Shown here piece by piece: positions 63,141 to 64,000 of a stretch of 64,000 nt of DNA. This stretch comes from Vitrella brassicaformis CCMP3155. Its lineage: Eukaryota; Protista; Chromerida. Position numbers and translations under genes: made by a program. The stretch spans positions 89,737 through 153,736 of the forward strand of contig CDMY01000239.1 of NCBI GenBank assembly GCA_001179505.1, given 5' to 3'. Positions within the stretch are counted from its first letter, which is position 1. The number at the start of each line of letters is the position of its first letter. The notes below the pieces were generated by a model that saw only the letters and a list, made by a program, of their open reading frames with translations, did no database searches and was not told the origin of the DNA.

Positions 63141-64000
63141 TTTGGAACCCTGCATTCGACCGGTGGACTGCGAGAGTTTTTCCTATTGCAAGTGCCCATG
63201 AAGGCTGCTGCCGTGCTCATCTGAGTCCGAATGAATGAGACGGGGGTTTGCGAAATGGGTGAATGCGGTTGGTGTGCAGGTGGGCGGCAGACGCACCCAG
63301 ACATTCACACACACGGAATTCGATGAGCGCTTGAGGCCTTTAGGCCTGGGGCTGGGAGGCCGGGGAATGACTGCTGGTGTGATGGGCTGTCTGTGTGATG
63401 AGTTTGAGCGAACGGCCTTCCGTGTGTGAGAAGTGGGTATGTATGCCGCAGGAGGGTATCTATCGATGGGGTCAGTGCGGTGAAGTGGTGAGAAGTGCAA
63501 CCTGGTGGAAAGGACGAATGGCGAAGCGGTGCGTGTTGGCAACTCACAGAACAACTTGCAGTAAAGCTCCACAGTCAATACTCAAGCCTACACGGCATCG
63601 CCAAGTTGGCCAAAAGCCCGTGGACACAGAGAGAGAGCGAGAGACAACCGAGTGAGAGCAGAGGGTGGATGCGTGTGTGGGGGGGGCTATGGGATGAACA
63701 CACACACGACAGACACACACATACTCAGGCTCGCGGATCATCCATCCATCCCTCCAGCAGTGATAAGCAGGTGGCCCTGAACCACACACACACACACACA
63801 CACATGTTCGTTCATATGTTTGCGCCTTCAAGTGTGTCTCTGTCTGTCTGTGTGTGGCTCTCTTCTCCTCTCCCCCCTCTCCACTCACCTGTCAGTCAAT
63901 GAATGGGTCGATGTGTCGTGACCAAGAAGGAAAGGGACAAGAGACAAGACTTCCCGCGTTGTAAATAATTGCAGAGACTGGAGTTGTGTGAAAAAAAACC

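Noticed and set aside
82-63902. Many 60-400 aa ORFs in the supplied track rich in CV/HT/TD repeats
   Set aside because: These are translations of (GT)n, (CA)n and (GACA)n intronic microsatellites or antisense shadows of real exons.
1-64000. CRISPR arrays, tRNA or rRNA genes, telomeric repeats
   Set aside because: No repeat-spacer periodicity, cloverleaf, rRNA signature or telomeric tandem array was seen.

Overview
Eukaryotic, GC-rich, very intron-dense genomic DNA. Introns are short and full of (CA)n, (GT)n and (CTGT)n microsatellites. The style suggests a chromerid alveolate such as Vitrella brassicaformis (inference only). Genes were reconstructed by eye across introns, so exon boundaries are unverified. 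In order: calcium-activated apyrase (CANT1-like, +); PP2C phosphatase (-), head-to-head with proteasome subunit RPN2/PSMD1 (+); two tandem copies of a lineage-specific gene family (-, one with a premature stop); POT-like MFS transporter (+); divergent Piwi-like Argonaute with a broken catalytic tetrad (+); Cys-rich secreted or surface orphan (+); ~10 kb WSC-REJ-GPS-like multi-TM polycystin-like gene (-), head-to-head with a TEY-type MAPK (+); TPR plus double-PRMT protein with degenerate active sites (-); and a third, inverted copy of the lineage-specific family (+). The family copies form a multi-kb inverted duplication bracketing about 36 kb. There are three 300-N placeholder gaps. Main findings: (1) two adjacent Argonaute introns are inverted repeats of each other, with a predicted obligatory 5-nt micro-exon in the hairpin loop whose skipping gives an immediate stop; (2) the Argonaute is predicted slicer-dead; (3) a GCGAGCTY motif recurs just upstream of five genes; (4) the inverted duplication and its mosaic paralogs.
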